Source: an uncultured Planctomycetota bacterium (GTDB taxonomy: Bacteria; Planctomycetota; Planctomycetia; Isosphaerales; Isosphaeraceae). Taken from it: DNA of 64,000 nt. The DNA is taken from the NCBI GenBank assembly GCA_963845755.1, contig CAWJTV010000028.1, forward strand, positions 224,001-288,000, in the 5' to 3' direction. Of the stretch, positions 11,183 to 23,904 are shown piece after piece; position 1 is the first letter of the stretch, and each line of letters begins with the position of its first letter. Below the pieces are notes generated by a model. It saw nothing but the letters and a program-made list of their open reading frames with translations. It was not told where the DNA came from and searched no databases. The position numbers and the translations under genes are program-made.

Positions 11183-11341
11183 GGACGAAATCCTCTCGCA
11201 GACTGATGCAAAAGGCCCGCTCCAACGGATCCGGGAGGACGCGGAAGAAAGGAAACGCTCGGGGACAGACCGTCTCGTCCTGCCCCCGGTACGTTCAAAC
11301 TGAGCGGCCGCGAGGCGATGTCTCAGCTTGCGGTTGGCCGA

Positions 11342-12475
11342 TCAGTAGGAATCCGAGCTGATCACTTCGCCGCCGGCTCGCGTCGAGAGTTGCTGATAGA
11401 CGCCGAGCAGTGCGGCGGTGTTCGCCAGATAGTAACCCGTCTTGGAGAAGGGTGCCGTCGCCGCGACCGACGTGTAGACCGTGCCGTTAGGCATGGCGTC
11501 GCCATAGCTGTCGGCATTCCCCGCACTGAACGACCACGAGCTGATCGAGTTCTTGATGAACCGGACCGAGCCGTCGCAGAAACTGAAGTTCGCCCCGCCC
11601 GGGTGGTAACTCCCGGCTACCGTCGGAGAGTAGTAGCCGGGGGTCGTCCCCCCGCCAAAAGCGACGTTATTACCAGCCGCCAGGTTGAGCGGATAAAGCG
11701 TGGCGAAGAGTGTGTCATAGTAGCGGCCCGAGTTCCATGAACCGTCGGAAACCGCGTAACCTGGATCGAGGATGAACAGGTGCCCCTTGGCATGCTCAGC
11801 GAAGATGAACGTGTTGCTGGTCCCGTCCGTGACGGAGGCGATCTTGGTGCTGCTGTCGTTGTAGATCGTGCCATTGAACTGGGCGAGGACCGTCAACGAC
11901 ATCAGGTTCGAGAACCCGAAGGTGAACGTGCCCGCGTTGCCGGCGTAGCTGGTAAACGCCTGCATCCAGGTGCCGGGAGGCAAAGTGATCTCGTTGAAGC
12001 TCCAGCCCGGGGTGACGCCGCCGCCCGAGGATAGGCTCGAGATCTGGACGCTCTGATTCAAGGGATCACTGGGACAGATGAGTGAGTTAATCTGAACGCC
12101 GCAGATGGTGAGGTTCGCGGGGTCCGCCGAGGTGAGGTTGAAGTTCGTCGCGTTGTACATCGCCGACTGTTCGAAGAAGGGGAGCATCCGCACGAAGGCG
12201 CTGAAATTCTCGGGATAGGTACTCACGTGCGGCGGATTGAAAAGGGTACCGGAATACGAATTTCCGGGGAAGCAGCCATTCGAGGACTCGTAGTTGTTGG
12301 CGGCCAGGGCAAGTTGCTTCAAGTTGTTGGTGCACTGGGCGCGGCGTGCGGCCTCGCGGGCCGCCTGAACGGCTGGCAACAACAGTGCGATCAATACGGC
12401 GATGATCGCGATGACGACCAGTAGCTCGATCAGCGTGAATCCGCGAGTCGAACCTGAGCGGGACCGGGATCTCAT
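11342..12475 (-). CDS. DUF1559 prepilin-type N-methylation / H-X9-DG protein
   Basis: GFTLIELLVVIAIIAVLIALLLPAVQAAREAARR, DGTSNT, HPGGANFSFCDGSV. Confidence 0.93.
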   Translation of the reverse strand: MRSRSRSGSTRGFTLIELLVVIAIIAVLIALLLPAVQAAREAARRAQCTNNLKQLALAANNYESSNGCFPGNSYSGTLFNPPHVSTYPENFSAFVRMLPFFEQSAMYNATNFNLTSADPANLTICGVQINSLICPSDPLNQSVQISSLSSGGGVTPGWSFNEITLPPGTWMQAFTSYAGNAGTFTFGFSNLMSLTVLAQFNGTIYNDSSTKIASVTDGTSNTFIFAEHAKGHLFILDPGYAVSDGSWNSGRYYDTLFATLYPLNLAAGNNVAFGGGTTPGYYSPTVAGSYHPGGANFSFCDGSVRFIKNSISSWSFSAGNADSYGDAMPNGTVYTSVAATAPFSKTGYYLANTAALLGVYQQLSTRAGGEVISSDSY

Positions 12476-13124
12476 GAGACGGGGCTCCTGAAGGTGCAGC
12501 GTCGGTCGAAGGTGGGGATGAGTGGGGACAAACTACGTCCGTCGTATTTCCGATTCAACACCGAAAGCAGATCTCGGATTGATCAGAAAATCGGAAGAAC
12601 CGGTAGAGTCAGGAGGTTCTCGGTGACAGCGGAGCCGATCAGAGGAGAGGAGAGGGACTATCACCGAGGGTCAGCGAATAATTCAAGCGAACTTAACGTA
12701 CGCGATGCCAGAATGCAATCCGATTCCTCATGTGATTTCTTAAGTCCTGTGCCCCAGGAGTATTTCGGGCGCCAGATCCGTAGAGGCGCCGGATCTGCCT
12801 CAGGACGACTCCGGATCTCTACACCGTTGCCATGACCGTGCGCCTCCCCCATGCCTCCAACACTCACCGTTCCATCACCCTCTTTTCCTACGGCTCGCTC
12901 GACCGAGCTCGATCGGTTTTTCTCGACCGATCGCCGTGATACCATCCAAAACTTCGGAGGCGGATCGATCGATGGAAGGAAGTCTGCGCATGTCGGGAAC
13001 CGCGCCGGATGATTGTCAGGCGATCAAACATTGTGTAATGTTGGTTCAACAGTCGAACCCGTTGACGAGCGGCGAATCTGCTCCCCGCCCACGAGGCGAA
13101 CCACCCACCCCAGGAGTCGACGCC

Positions 13125-15505
13125 ATGGCTCGACTCTGTGCCTTGGGCCTGCTGTCCTTCTTGCTCCTGGCCGGATTGGTTGATGCCGATGAGGCGTCCG
13201 AGAGCTTGTTCGAGCTGAAGATCCGTCCCGTGCTGGCCAATGATTGCCTGCCTTGCCACGGCGGTAAGAAGATCAGCAGCGGTCTGAAGGTCGATTCGCG
13301 AGAAGCGCTCATCCAGGGTGGAGACCGCGGGCCGGCGGTCATGGCCGGCGACCCGGAGGGGAGCTTGTTGATCCAGGCGATCCGGAAGACCCACGACGAG
13401 GTTAAGATGCCGCCCAAGCGGCGGTTGTCCGAGGAAACCATTGCGGCCTTTGCGAAGTGGATCGCGGACGGGGCGATCTGGCCGGAGGGCTCGGGCAAGC
13501 GCAGACGCTTGCCGGCCAAGGCAAGCCCGCCCCGCGGCACTGGGCCTTCGAGCGGGTCAGAGCGGTTGAGCCGCCGCCGGATCCGACCGGCTGGTCCGGC
13601 CGGCCCGTCGATCGTTTCATCGCGGCTAGACGCAGCGCGGCCGGTGTTCGACCGGTGCGACGCGCGGACAAAGGCACGCTCCTCCGCCGCGTCACGTTCG
13701 ACCTGATCGGATTGCCGCCCACGCCCGAGGAGCTCACGCGGTTCCTCGGCGATCCGAGGCCCGATGCGTTTGTCCGAGTCGTCGACCGCCTGCTGGCCTC
13801 GCCCCACTACGGCGAACGCTGGGGCCGACACTGGATGGATGTCGCCCATTACGCCGACACAGCGGGCGACAACGCCGACTATCCCGTACCGGAAGTGGTG
13901 CGCTACCGCGATTACATCTTCGATTCGTTCAACCGGGACAAGCCGTACGACCAGTTCGTCCGCGCGCAACTGGCCGGCGACATACTCGCCCGTGACAGAT
14001 CGGGGACCGATTATGCGGAGTCGATCGCCGCGACCGGGTTCCTCGCCCTGTCCCGGCGCTATGGGACCGGTCCCTTCGAGCTCTGGCACTTGACCCTGGA
14101 GGATGCGATCGAGACCACCGGCCGGGCCTTCCTCGGCCTGACACTCCGCTGCGCCCGATGCCACGACCACAAGTTCGACCCCGTCGCCCAGACCGACTAT
14201 TACGCCCTCTACGGGATGTTCGCCAGCACGACGTTTCCGTGGGCCGGATCGGAGGAGACGCAGTCGAAGGGCTTCCCGCGCATGAACTTCGTCCCCCTCG
14301 TGGAGCCTTCGCGGGCCGAACCCAGGCTCAAGGCCTATCGCGGGCGGCTTGCCGAGTTGGAGCGGATCATCTCCACTCTGAAGGGATCGAACGAAGCGAA
14401 GGACCGAACCCGGCTCGCCAACCTCCAGACCGAGAAAACCCGGCTCCAGCGGACATCTCTTCCCCTGGATCTGCCCGCCGGCTACGCCGTGACCGAGGGG
14501 AAGCCGGCCGATGTGCCGGTCCAGCGCCGGGGCGATCCCGGTAGTCCCGGACCTGTCGTCACCCACGGGGTTCCCCGATTCGCGTTCCTGGCCGGCGAGC
14601 CGCCACCTCCCGTGGCGCCGGGAAGCAGTGGCCGATACGAGCTGGCGCGCTGGTTGACGCGACCCGAGCATCCTCTGACGGCGCGCGTCATGGTCAACCG
14701 GATCTGGCAACATCACTTCGGCCGGGGGATCGTCGCCACGCCATCGAATCTCGGAGTGCGCGGCGAGCCGCCCACGCATCCCGAGCTGCTCGACTGGCTC
14801 GCGGCCCGATTCGTCGCCAGTGGTTGGTCGATCAAGGCCATCCATCGCGAGATCGTCCTGTCGGTGACCTACCAGCTCTCGAGCGACTACGACGCGCCGG
14901 ATGCCGTCCTCGACCCTCAAGACCGATGGCTGTGGCGGTATCCCCGACGCCGCCTCGACGCGGAATCGATCCGCGACGCCATGCTGGCTGTCTCGGGCCG
15001 CCTCGACCGCGGACGACCGGGACGACATCCCTTTCCCCCGATCGAGGCCTGGCACTGGACCCAGCACGACGCGTTCAAAATCGTCTATCCCTCCGATCAC
15101 CGCAGCGTGTACCTCATGACCCAGCGCCTGATCAAGCATCCCTTCCTGGCGATCTTCGACGGGCCCGACACCAACTACTCGACCGACGTCCGGAGCCAGT
15201 CCACCGTCCCCCTCCAGGCCCTCTACTTCCTGAACAACCCGTTCGTGCTCGAGAACGCCGAGGGACTCGCACACCGGATGACCAACGCCTCGACGGATCC
15301 GCAGGCGCGGATCACCCACGGCTACCTGCTGGCCTGGGGCCGGCCCCCGGACAGGTCCGAGCTCGATCGCGCGCTCCGTTTCGTCCTGTCGGCGAGCACG
15401 AGCCTGGCTGCCACCGGCACGCATGATGAGGGCGTGGACCGCCGTGTGTGGACGAGTCTCGCCAGGATCCTCCTGACCGCCAATGAATTCCTCTACATCG
15501 ACTGA
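13125..15505 (+). CDS. Planctomycete cytochrome c with DUF1549/DUF1553 (PSD1) domains; frame break near 13500
   Basis: CLPCHG, YGERWGRHWMD, CARCHDHKFDP, VNRIWQHHFGRG, PTHPELLDWLA. Confidence 0.9.
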
Positions 15506-15538
15506 GCGTCGATTCCATGAGACTCGGAAGTCGATCTC

Positions 15539-15600
15539 GTAGTGTGGGTGAAACCCACAAAATATCATAATTTTACATCGGTGGGTTCCACCCACACTAC
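15539..15600. repeat. GTAG-type REP doublet (REPIN-like)
   Basis: GTAGTGTGGGTGAAACCCAC ... GTGGGTTCCACCCACACTAC inverted pair with AT-rich spacer. Confidence 0.75.
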
Positions 15601-15619
15601 AATTGCGAGTGATGGCGTG

Positions 15620-17022
15620 ATGACGATCGATCCGATACGCGTCAGAGCGCAGGTCGTTCTTGAAGACATCCGTGGCCGCCGCGGCCGGCCCGGGGTTGTA
15701 TTCCGCCCTGGCCCTGGCGGCGGAGCGTGGCGGTGGCGGCCTGCTGGCGCCGTTGCCCACCCATCACCAGGCGAAGGCGAAGAACCTGCTCGTGATCTTC
15801 CTCACGGGTGGGTTCTCGCACGTCGACACGTTCGACTACAAGCCGGCACTCGCCCGTCACCAGGGGAAATCGGTCCCCTCGTTCGGCCTGCGGCCCGACG
15901 AGACGCACGATCGTCCGTTGCTGGGCTCGCCGTTCCGGTTTCGGGCTTGCGGCGATTCGGGCCTGATGATTAGCGAGCTGTTCCCCAACCTGGGTACCCT
16001 GGCCGACGAGCTGTGTGTGATCCGATCGCTGCATACGGACATCGTCGAGCATTTCCAGGCGGTGCTGGCCATGCACACCGGCTCGGCGACGGTCCCGATG
16101 CCGAGCCTCGGCGCGTGGCTCAGTTATGGACTGGGGACCTTCAACGCCAACTTGCCCGCCTACATGGTGCTCTGCCAGCACCTGCCGTATGCCGGCACGC
16201 AGGTCTGGGACAGCAGCTTCCTGCCGCCGATTCACCAGGGAGTGCGAATCGTGCCGGGCCCGGAGCCGATCCCCGACCTCAAGCCGCCGGCTCACCCGTC
16301 GACCCTGGACCAGCTCGAGCAGGTCATGCTCCGCGACGTGAACGAGCTCCACGCCCGGTGCCGTCCGGGCGACGCCGATCTTCGCGCGCGAGCCGCCACC
16401 TTCGACGTCGCCAGGGGTATGATGCACGAGGCGCCCGAGGCGCTCGACGTCAGGCGGGAGTCGAAGTTGAACGCTCGACTCCTACGGGATCACGGAGGGA
16501 GACTCGTCCTCGTTCGGTCAGCAGTGTCTCATCGCGCGCCGATTGATCGAGCGCGGTGTCCGCGTCGTCGAGCTGATCGACACGGGATCGAATAACAACT
16601 GGGATGCCCACGGCAACATGGAGGACCATCGGCCCAAGGCGTTGCGGGTCGATCGCGCGATCGCGGCGCTCCTGAACGACCTGAAGCAACGGGGACTCCT
16701 GAGTCAGACGCTGGTGGCGATCTGCACCGAGTTCGGCCGCACCCCCTGGACCGATTCGCCCCAGAGCAAGGGGCGCAATCATTATGCCAAGGCGTTCACG
16801 GCCCTGCTGGCCGGCGCGGGGGTCCGGGGAGGGATGGCGTTCGGGGAGACGGACGAGTTCGGGATCAGCATCACGTCCAACCCGGTGCATGTCCACGACT
16901 ACCACGCGACGATCCTCCACATCATGGGGATCGATCACACCCGGCTGGTCTACCGATACGCCGGGCGTGACTTTCGCCTCACCGACGTCAACGGCCATGT
17001 GGTCGAGCCCATCCTGAGCTGA
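15620..17022 (+). CDS. DUF1501 protein; frame breaks near 15645 and 16470
   Basis: RRSFLK Tat-like signal, [45 protein letters not shown]. Confidence 0.88.
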
Positions 17023-17206
17023 CGCCGGGCGCCCGCCCACCGTTGCGAAGGTCGTGACGCGGGCACGCGGGCCGCTGGAGCTGGATCCTAGCCTCGGCAT
17101 CCTTCGTTCGATGATCGGTTGTCTTCCCGCCGGCATCTCTATCCTCCCAACGCGCGATCGGTCACAATAGCGAGACGAGACCGATTCCCCTTCACCCGAT
17201 CCAACC

Positions 17207-18556
17207 ATGCGAATCCTCATCGTTGACGACGAGTCGAACATCCGAATGACGTTGCGAGTGGCCTTCGAATCGATGCGTCACACGGTCGAAGAGGCCGCGG
17301 GGATCGACGAGGCGCTGAAGCGGATCGAGCGATCGCGGTTCGACCTGGCGCTGGTGGATCTCCGGCTGGGCATCGACTCGGGGCTCGACCTGCTGGAGAC
17401 GTGCTTGCGGCGGGCGCCGAAGATGGCGGTGGTGATCATCACGGCCCACGGGTCGATCGACACGGCGGTCGAGGCCATGCGGGGAGGCGCCTTCGATTAC
17501 CTGCCGAAACCGTTCCTGCCGGCCCAGATCCGCGCCGTCGTGGAGCGCGTCGAGAGGCTCAGGAGCCTTCAGGACCGCGTGGACGATCTGGAGGAGCAGA
17601 TCGCCATCGAGATCCCCGAGGTCTCGCTCGAGAGCGACGATCCGCAGGTCCGGCTGGTACTGGAGCAGGGCCGTCAGGTCGCGAGTACCGACGCGGTGGT
17701 ACTGATCCGGGGCGAGAGCGGCACGGGGAAGGGAGTCCTGGCTCGGGCGATCCACGGTTGGAGCCGCCGTGCGCAGTGCGCCGTTCGTCACGGTCAGTTG
17801 CCCGAGTCTCAGCGCGGAGTTGCTGGAAAGCGAACTCTTCGGCCACGCACGCGGCGCGTTCACCGGCGCCGTCAGCGAGACGCGGGGGAAGGTCGCCGCG
17901 GCCGAGTCCGGGACGCTCTTCCTCGACGAGATCGGCGATCTGCCGCTGGCCCTCCAGCCCAAGTTGCTCCGCTTCCTCCAGGAACGGCAGTACGAGCGGG
18001 TCGGCGAGACGCGTTCGCGGACGGCCGACGTCCGGCTCATCACGGCGACCAATCACGACCTCGACGCGGCCGTCGCCGCCGGACAGTTCCGCGAGGATCT
18101 TCTGTTTCGCCTGAATGTCGTGGAGCTGAGCCTTCCCGCTCTGCGGGTCCGCTCGGATCGAATCCTCCTGGCCGAGCACCTTCTGGCCTTCTTCGCTCGC
18201 CAGACGGCCAAGCCTATCGACGGATTCACTCCGGAGGCGCCGCGGCCCTGCTCCGATACGGCTGGCCCGGCAATCTCCGCGAGCTGCGCAATGCCATGGA
18301 ACGAGCCGCGATCTTCGCCAAGGGGCAGATCCTTGACCTCGAGGACTTGCCGGGACGCATCATCTCGGCGGCGCCTCGGACCGTTACCGAATCCGGAGTC
18401 CCGATCGAGGTCGGCCAGCCGATCTCGATCGAGCGGCTCGAGACGGAGCATATCCGACTGATCCTCGCTCGATGCCCCAGCCGCGAGGACGCCGCGCGAA
18501 TCCTGGGAATCGATCCCAGCACGTTGTACCGTAAGCGGAAACAACTGGGTCTTTGA
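17207..18556 (+). CDS. Sigma-54-dependent response regulator (NtrC/AlgB-like); two compensating frame breaks near 17773 and 18240
   Basis: Receiver domain, GESGTGK, ESELFGH-GAFTGA (shifted frame), WPGNLREL, Fis-type HTH. Confidence 0.9.
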   Translation: MRILIVDDESNIRMTLRVAFESMRHTVEEAAGIDEALKRIERSRFDLALVDLRLGIDSGLDLLETCLRRAPKMAVVIITAHGSIDTAVEAMRGGAFDYLPKPFLPAQIRAVVERVERLRSLQDRVDDLEEQIAIEIPEVSLESDDPQVRLVLEQGRQVASTDAVVLIRGESGTGKGVLARAIHGWSRRAQCAVRHGQLPESQRGVAGKRTLRPRTRRVHRRRQRDAGEGRRGRVRDALPRRDRRSAAGPPAQVAPLPPGTAVRAGRRDAFADGRRPAHHGDQSRPRRGRRRRTVPRGSSVSPECRGAEPSRSAGPLGSNPPGRAPSGLLRSPDGQAYRRIHSGGAAALLRYGWPGNLRELRNAMERAAIFAKGQILDLEDLPGRIISAAPRTVTESGVPIEVGQPISIERLETEHIRLILARCPSREDAARILGIDPSTLYRKRKQLGL

Positions 18557-18769
18557 TGGGGCTGGACGGAGGAGTCGGGGAGTGGGAACCCGTTCGCTTC
18601 GTCGGTGAGGCGCGTACATCCCGCGGGGCCTCGTCGATCGGTGACCGGATAGGAGTTGTTCGGTCCACTCGCTTTTTGCACTCGGGAAATCGACAATCGG
18701 GGTGGCGAGTTCGCGGAGAAAGCTCGCTCGGCATGCCGATGACATCACGGGGGAGCCGGGGCTGACAAG

Positions 18770-20691
18770 GTGAAGACACTGAAAAGCAAGCTGCTCATCG
18801 GGCTGCTGCCGACGCTGGTGATCCTGGCGGCGCTCGGCCTTTGGGCGATCGTCATGTTCTATCGGCTGGGCAATAACATCGATGTGATCCTCCGGGAGAA
18901 CTACAGGAGCGTGCTGTCCGCCGAGCGAATGAAAGAGGCGATCGAGCGGATGGATTCGGCCCTTCTCTTCGAGGTCATCGACCGTGTGGATGCCAGCCAT
19001 GCCTTCGCGGTGAACGGACAGGCCGAACGCGGGCGCAAGCAGTTCGACGAGAACCGGCCCCGTTTCGAGAAGAATCTGGAGATCGAGCTGGGCAACATCA
19101 CGGTGGCCGGAGAGCAGGAATCCGCCGACAGGCTGCGCGATCTCTTCACCCGGTACGTGGCATCGGCCGGCCGGTTCTTCGCCCTGCCCGCCGAGCCGGA
19201 GGGACATCGTGCCGAGGTCTACTTTCGCGAGTTGGAGCCGACCTTCAACGAGATCCGGGAGAGTGCCGATGAGGTGCTGCGGCTGAATCAGGAGAACATG
19301 CAGGCGATGGACCGGCGCGCCCGCGAGAACGCATCCGATTCGATCCGGCTGATGATTGCCGCCCTGATCGCCGCGGTGGTCCTGACCGTGTGGGTCTCGC
19401 TCAAGCTGCATCGGTCGATCCTCGACCCGATCCAGGCCGTGACCGACGGGGCGCGAGCCCTGGCTCGGGGTGAGCTCGACCAGGTCGTGCCCGCGGCGTC
19501 CCGCGACGAGCTCGGCGACCTGGCCCACGCTTTCAACGAGATGGCCCGGACGATCCGCGATTATCGGCAGGCGGGGACCGCCCGGTTGCTCCGCGCCAGA
19601 AGAGCGCCCAGGCGACGATCGACTCGTTTCCCGATCCCGTGGTGGTCGTCAACCCGGCCGGTTCGGTCGAACAGGCCAATCCCGCGGCACGCCGCCTGCT
19701 CAGCGTCATGCCAACGGCGGAGCCACCGGTCCCGTGGTATCCGCCGCCGCCGTTGAAAACCCGGGTGAACGATGTGCTCGCCGGACGAGGCGATTACCTC
19801 CCCCTCGCCCTGGAACAGGCGATCCTGCTCCCCGACGGTGGCCAGGAACACTACTTCTTGCCGCGCGTCGTGGCGATCCGAACCACGCCCGACGATCTGC
19901 TCGGCGCCGCCGTCGTCCTCCTCGACGTGACCAAGTTCCACTTGCTGGATCGGCTGAAGAGCGACATGGTCGCGACGGTCAGCCACGAACTCAAGACGCC
20001 GTTGACCAGCGTGCAGATGGCCGTCCACCTCCTGCTCGAAGAGGTCGTGGGCCCTCTCACTCCGAAGCAGGTGGAGCTCCTGCTGGCGGCCCGCCAGGAT
20101 TCCGACCGCATCCTGGCCATGATCAACGACCTGCTCGACCTGACCCGGATCGAACAGGGCCGCGTCCGACTCAATCTCGAGCCGGTCCTCGCCGCCGAGC
20201 TTATCGAGGGCGCCGCCGCACGGATGCAAGCCCAGGCCGAAGACGCGGGCATCACCCTCGACACGGCACTCGGCGGGGAACCCGGCTACGTCATGGTCGA
20301 TCGCGATCGCATCGAGCACGTCTTCGACAACCTGATCATCAACGCGATCCAGCACACGCCGCGCGGGGGATCGATCCGGATCGGCGCCCGGGCGAACGAC
20401 GACCAGCTCTGGTTCGAGGTCCACGACACCGGCGCGGGCATCCCTCGCGAACACCTGCCCCACGTCTTCGAACGATTCTATCGGATCCCGGGCGGTCAAC
20501 AGGCCGCGGGCGCGGGACTGGGCCTGGCGATCGCCCGCGAGATCCTCACCGCCCATGGCGGCCGGATCGAGGTTGACAGCCAGCCGGGCCGGGGAACGAC
20601 CTTCACTTTCATCCTGCCGTCGCGCGACGCCTTGCAGGATGTGGACGAAGCGCAGGGTCCGATGGCCCTCTCCCCACAGAATGTGCCTTGA
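18770..20691 (+). CDS. KinB-like HAMP/PAS sensor histidine kinase; frame break near 19596
   Basis: Two TM segments, ILRENYRSV sensor, HAMP, VSHELKTPL, NLIINA, DTGAGI, GLGLAI. Confidence 0.88.
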
Positions 20692-20747
20692 TCCGATTAC
20701 ACTCATATTTATTTCTTTTTTGTTCGCTTTTCACGCAGATGTGTGGA

Positions 20748-22066
20748 TCATCCAACAACGGCGACCGGCATCCGCCGTTTCGGCGCATTCCAGAGCAGCA
20801 AGATCGCCAGGAACCCGATCATGGGCAGGAGTCCGGCCAGTGATGTGACGGCGGAATAGGAATGGGTCCGGTCAACCCACTTGCCGATCGGCTCCTGGAC
20901 GAGCGCGGTCGCCGTCCACGTGAGGAAGCTGAGCGATCCGGTCACCTTGCCCAGCCGGCTCACCGACAGCTCCTGGGTGAAGGCATAATAGGTAGGAAAC
21001 TGGCCGAGCGAGCCGAATCCGATGACCAGCAGGATGCTGAGGAACAGCCAGGAGGCGGGCAAGAACGCGGCCAGTATGCTCAGCGCGGTCAGGAGCGAGC
21101 AGACCAGGAACGTCGACATGCGTGCTCCGTGAACGGGGACGCCCCGGTTCGTTAGCCACTTGACGAGGAATCCGGTTGTCAGGCAACCGACATCGGCGGC
21201 CAGGTAATAGGCGATCGAGAAGAACTGGACCTCGTTCTGGCTGTAGCCGTATTGCTCGCGCAACATCCCCGGCATCCAGGCCCGGAAGTATTGCCAGCAC
21301 CAGTTGATCATGATCACGACGACGCCCAGCGCCAGGAACCGGCGAAGAAAGCCCCACCGCCAGGCCGAGACGTCCGAGGCGAGCAGGTCGTCCCGCGTGA
21401 GGGCGATCGAGGATTCGTCGTCGCCCGATTCCAACGAGACGGGCTTGACCTCCAGGTCCTTCGGCCCGATCACGGCCAGCCAGGCGACGACCCAGAAGAT
21501 CCCGATCGCGCCGATGACGCGGAACGGCATCCGCCAGCTCTCCGGCGCCTCGGTGGCCAGGAGCAGTACGACGATCGGCGTGGCGAGCGCCCCCAGTGAC
21601 GCGCCGCTCTGGAGGATGCTGTTGCCCAGAGGCCGATCCTGGCGTGACAGCAGTCGCTGCGAGGTCATCAGGCGCAGGGCCAGTGCCCGGCCTCGAAGAA
21701 TCCAAGGAGCACCCGGCAGACGAGTAGCTGCCTGTAGTTGGTGACCCAACCCGTCGCGAATCCGACAGCCGACCAACCCATGAGGACGACCGGATAAAAC
21801 CATCGCGGATTGATCCGATCGGCGAGAAACCCGGTGACAATTCCTCCCACGGCGAAGGCCAGTCCGAAGCCCAGCTCGAGCCGGCCGTAGTCTGCATTGC
21901 TCAGCTTCAGTGCGGCGAGGATCTCGGTCTTCTGCTGGGACAGTGCCTGGCGATCCATGTACATGATCATGGTCGCCAGCAGCAGTAATCCGCAGATCCC
22001 CCACACTCGGAGGCCCGCCCGCTGTGCATCGATCGTCGTGATGGGGCTCGATTTCATCTCATCCAT
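20748..22066 (-). CDS. MFS transporter (ExuT/hexuronate-like); frame break near 21673
   Basis: MYMDRQ, G-LADR, RVLLGFFEAGHWP, many TM segments. Confidence 0.82.
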
Positions 22067-22817
22067 TCCAGGAATGGCCGTCCCAGGCGATCACCCGACC
22101 CAGGAAAGTGACGACGTCTTGGGAGAAGACACGAAAAATCACCTGGCCCTTCTCGGCCGTGGCTCTGCGAGGATCGCCGATATGGCCCGGAGTGCTCCGC
22201 TCCTGCGTGATCCAGCCTCGCGAGGCCGGCTCGAACGAGGCCCGCTGTGAGACCGGATCGATCGCTTCGAGTTCGCCGACTAGCTCAGGCGCCAGGTGCA
22301 GGATCATGGAGGTCTCCCACTCGCAGGCGTGTCCCATCTGATCCTGGACGATCGCGGGATCGACCTCCTGAGGCTTGCCTCCCAGGAGCCAGTAAGTCGC
22401 CGCCAGCAGGAGCAGGTCGTCGCGCTGCCGGTGGCGCTGGCGGGCTTCGAAGACCGCCTGCTGCGCCGGCACGATATTCCCCCCGTGACCGTTGAGCAGG
22501 ACGATCCGGCGGAAGCCGTGAACGACCAGGTTGTCGATCAGGTCTCCCAGCACGTCGAGATACGTCCGCGGCGCGGCGGAGAGGGTACCGGGGAAGTCGA
22601 GGTGATGGTGCGAGTTCCCCAGCCAGAGCAGGGGGGTCCAGATCACCCGATCGCCGAGCGCCTCGGCCGCGCGACGGACGACCTCGCCCAGCAGCATGCT
22701 GTCGGTGAACACCGGCAAGTGGTGCCCATGCTGCTCGACGGCCGCGATCGGCACGACGACCGGAACGTCCTTCGACGTCGCGGCCACTGCCGGCCAGCTC
22801 ATTTCCTGGAGTTGCAC
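22059..22817 (-). CDS. Creatininase family protein
   Basis: EQHGHHLPVFTD, NGHGGN, HACEWETS, GDPRRAT. Confidence 0.88.
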   Translation of the reverse strand: MQLQEMSWPAVAATSKDVPVVVPIAAVEQHGHHLPVFTDSMLLGEVVRRAAEALGDRVIWTPLLWLGNSHHHLDFPGTLSAAPRTYLDVLGDLIDNLVVHGFRRIVLLNGHGGNIVPAQQAVFEARQRHRQRDDLLLLAATYWLLGGKPQEVDPAIVQDQMGHACEWETSMILHLAPELVGELEAIDPVSQRASFEPASRGWITQERSTPGHIGDPRRATAEKGQVIFRVFSQDVVTFLGRVIAWDGHSWNG

Positions 22818-22943
22818 GCTGCTTTACCTCCACGATTCTGCCAGCAAGATCGGTTCGACCTCGAAGACACCGGGGCGAGTCGTCGCGGATCAGAACCTTC
22901 TTGCTGTGAGATTGATCAGGACCGCGTTACGAAATAGCTCGTC

Positions 22944-22971
22944 TTGACTTATCGCAATTTGCGCTTATCCT
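22944..22971 (+). promoter_or_regulatory. Probable sigma70 promoter of higBA with operator palindrome
   Basis: TTGACT-16 nt-TATCCT with CGCAA-T-TTGCG between the boxes. Confidence 0.55.
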
Positions 22972-23007
22972 TTCAAGTCCGCGATGACGTCGGTCAATGG
23001 GTGAGAA

Positions 23008-23406
23008 ATGCGAGTCATCTCCAAGAAGCGATTGAGGCAATTCTGGGAGGTTCGAAAGTCCGATTCTGGGATCGCCGAACGGTACTTGTCCGCCTGGCAC
23101 GATACCGTCAAGAAAGTCGAGTGGGACAATTTCGCGTCGCTGAGGCAGACGTTTGGTTCGGCCGATCAGGTTGTCAACTGTGTCGTGTTCGACGTGGGGA
23201 ATAATCGCTTCCGGCTGATCGGCCGAATCAACTATGCCAAAGGCATCATTTACGTCTTGAAAGTGATGGACCACGCGGAGTACGACAAGCAGCTTTGGAT
23301 CGATCATTGTGGATGCCACGAACCTCCGCCGAAGAGGTCGGTCGCAGCGAAAATGACACCCCCAAAAGATAAGCCAACACCTCGCGGGCGGGAGGGAGGG
23401 ACATAA
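23008..23406 (+). CDS. higB: HigB family toxin (RelE-like mRNA interferase)
   Basis: MRVISKKRLRQFW, FGSADQV, VFDVGNNRFRLI, HAEYDK; toxin-first order. Confidence 0.88.
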   Translation: MRVISKKRLRQFWEVRKSDSGIAERYLSAWHDTVKKVEWDNFASLRQTFGSADQVVNCVVFDVGNNRFRLIGRINYAKGIIYVLKVMDHAEYDKQLWIDHCGCHEPPPKRSVAAKMTPPKDKPTPRGREGGT

Positions 23407-23409
23407 ACC

Positions 23410-23826
23410 ATGGCGAACAAGACCCGGACCAGGACTTTGCCTGACACTTATTTCGCGTTGGTGAAGCAGTTCCCACTGACCCACATCCAGAACGACGACC
23501 ACCTGGACGCGGCCATCACGATCATCGATCGATTGCTCCGGCAAGACCTCGACAAAGGGGCGGAGGAGTACCTGGATGCGCTGACCGATCTGGTCGAAAC
23601 ATACGAGGACAGGCACGTCGTGATCCCGGTCGCTTCCGAGGCAGACGTATTGCGCATGCTGATGGAGTCCAACCGGCTGAGTCAATCGAAGCTCGCGAGA
23701 GCCGTTGGGATCTCGCAGTCCACGATCTCGGCGGTGCTGAGGGGCAGTCGGTCGCTCACGAAGGAGCATGTGATCAAGCTCGCCCAGTTCTTTCACGTGT
23801 CTCCTGCCGCCTTTCTCCCGGTTTGA
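23410..23826 (+). CDS. higA: HigA family HTH antitoxin
   Basis: YLDALTDLVETYED and a C-terminal Xre HTH (LSQSKLARAVGISQSTISAVLRG). Confidence 0.88.
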   Translation: MANKTRTRTLPDTYFALVKQFPLTHIQNDDHLDAAITIIDRLLRQDLDKGAEEYLDALTDLVETYEDRHVVIPVASEADVLRMLMESNRLSQSKLARAVGISQSTISAVLRGSRSLTKEHVIKLAQFFHVSPAAFLPV

Positions 23827-23904
23827 AGATACGGCTTTCCTCGATGCCAGACGATCGCAGATCATAGGTGGAATCCGCATACGAAGTTGCACAAGAGGAT
23901 TGCC

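Noticed and set aside
13046..15760. Long antisense ORFs (904 aa here; also 35331..36869, 47249..48997, 58387..60168, 60741..62054)
   Set aside because: Shadow ORFs opposite well-supported genes in high-GC DNA, with no recognisable motifs.
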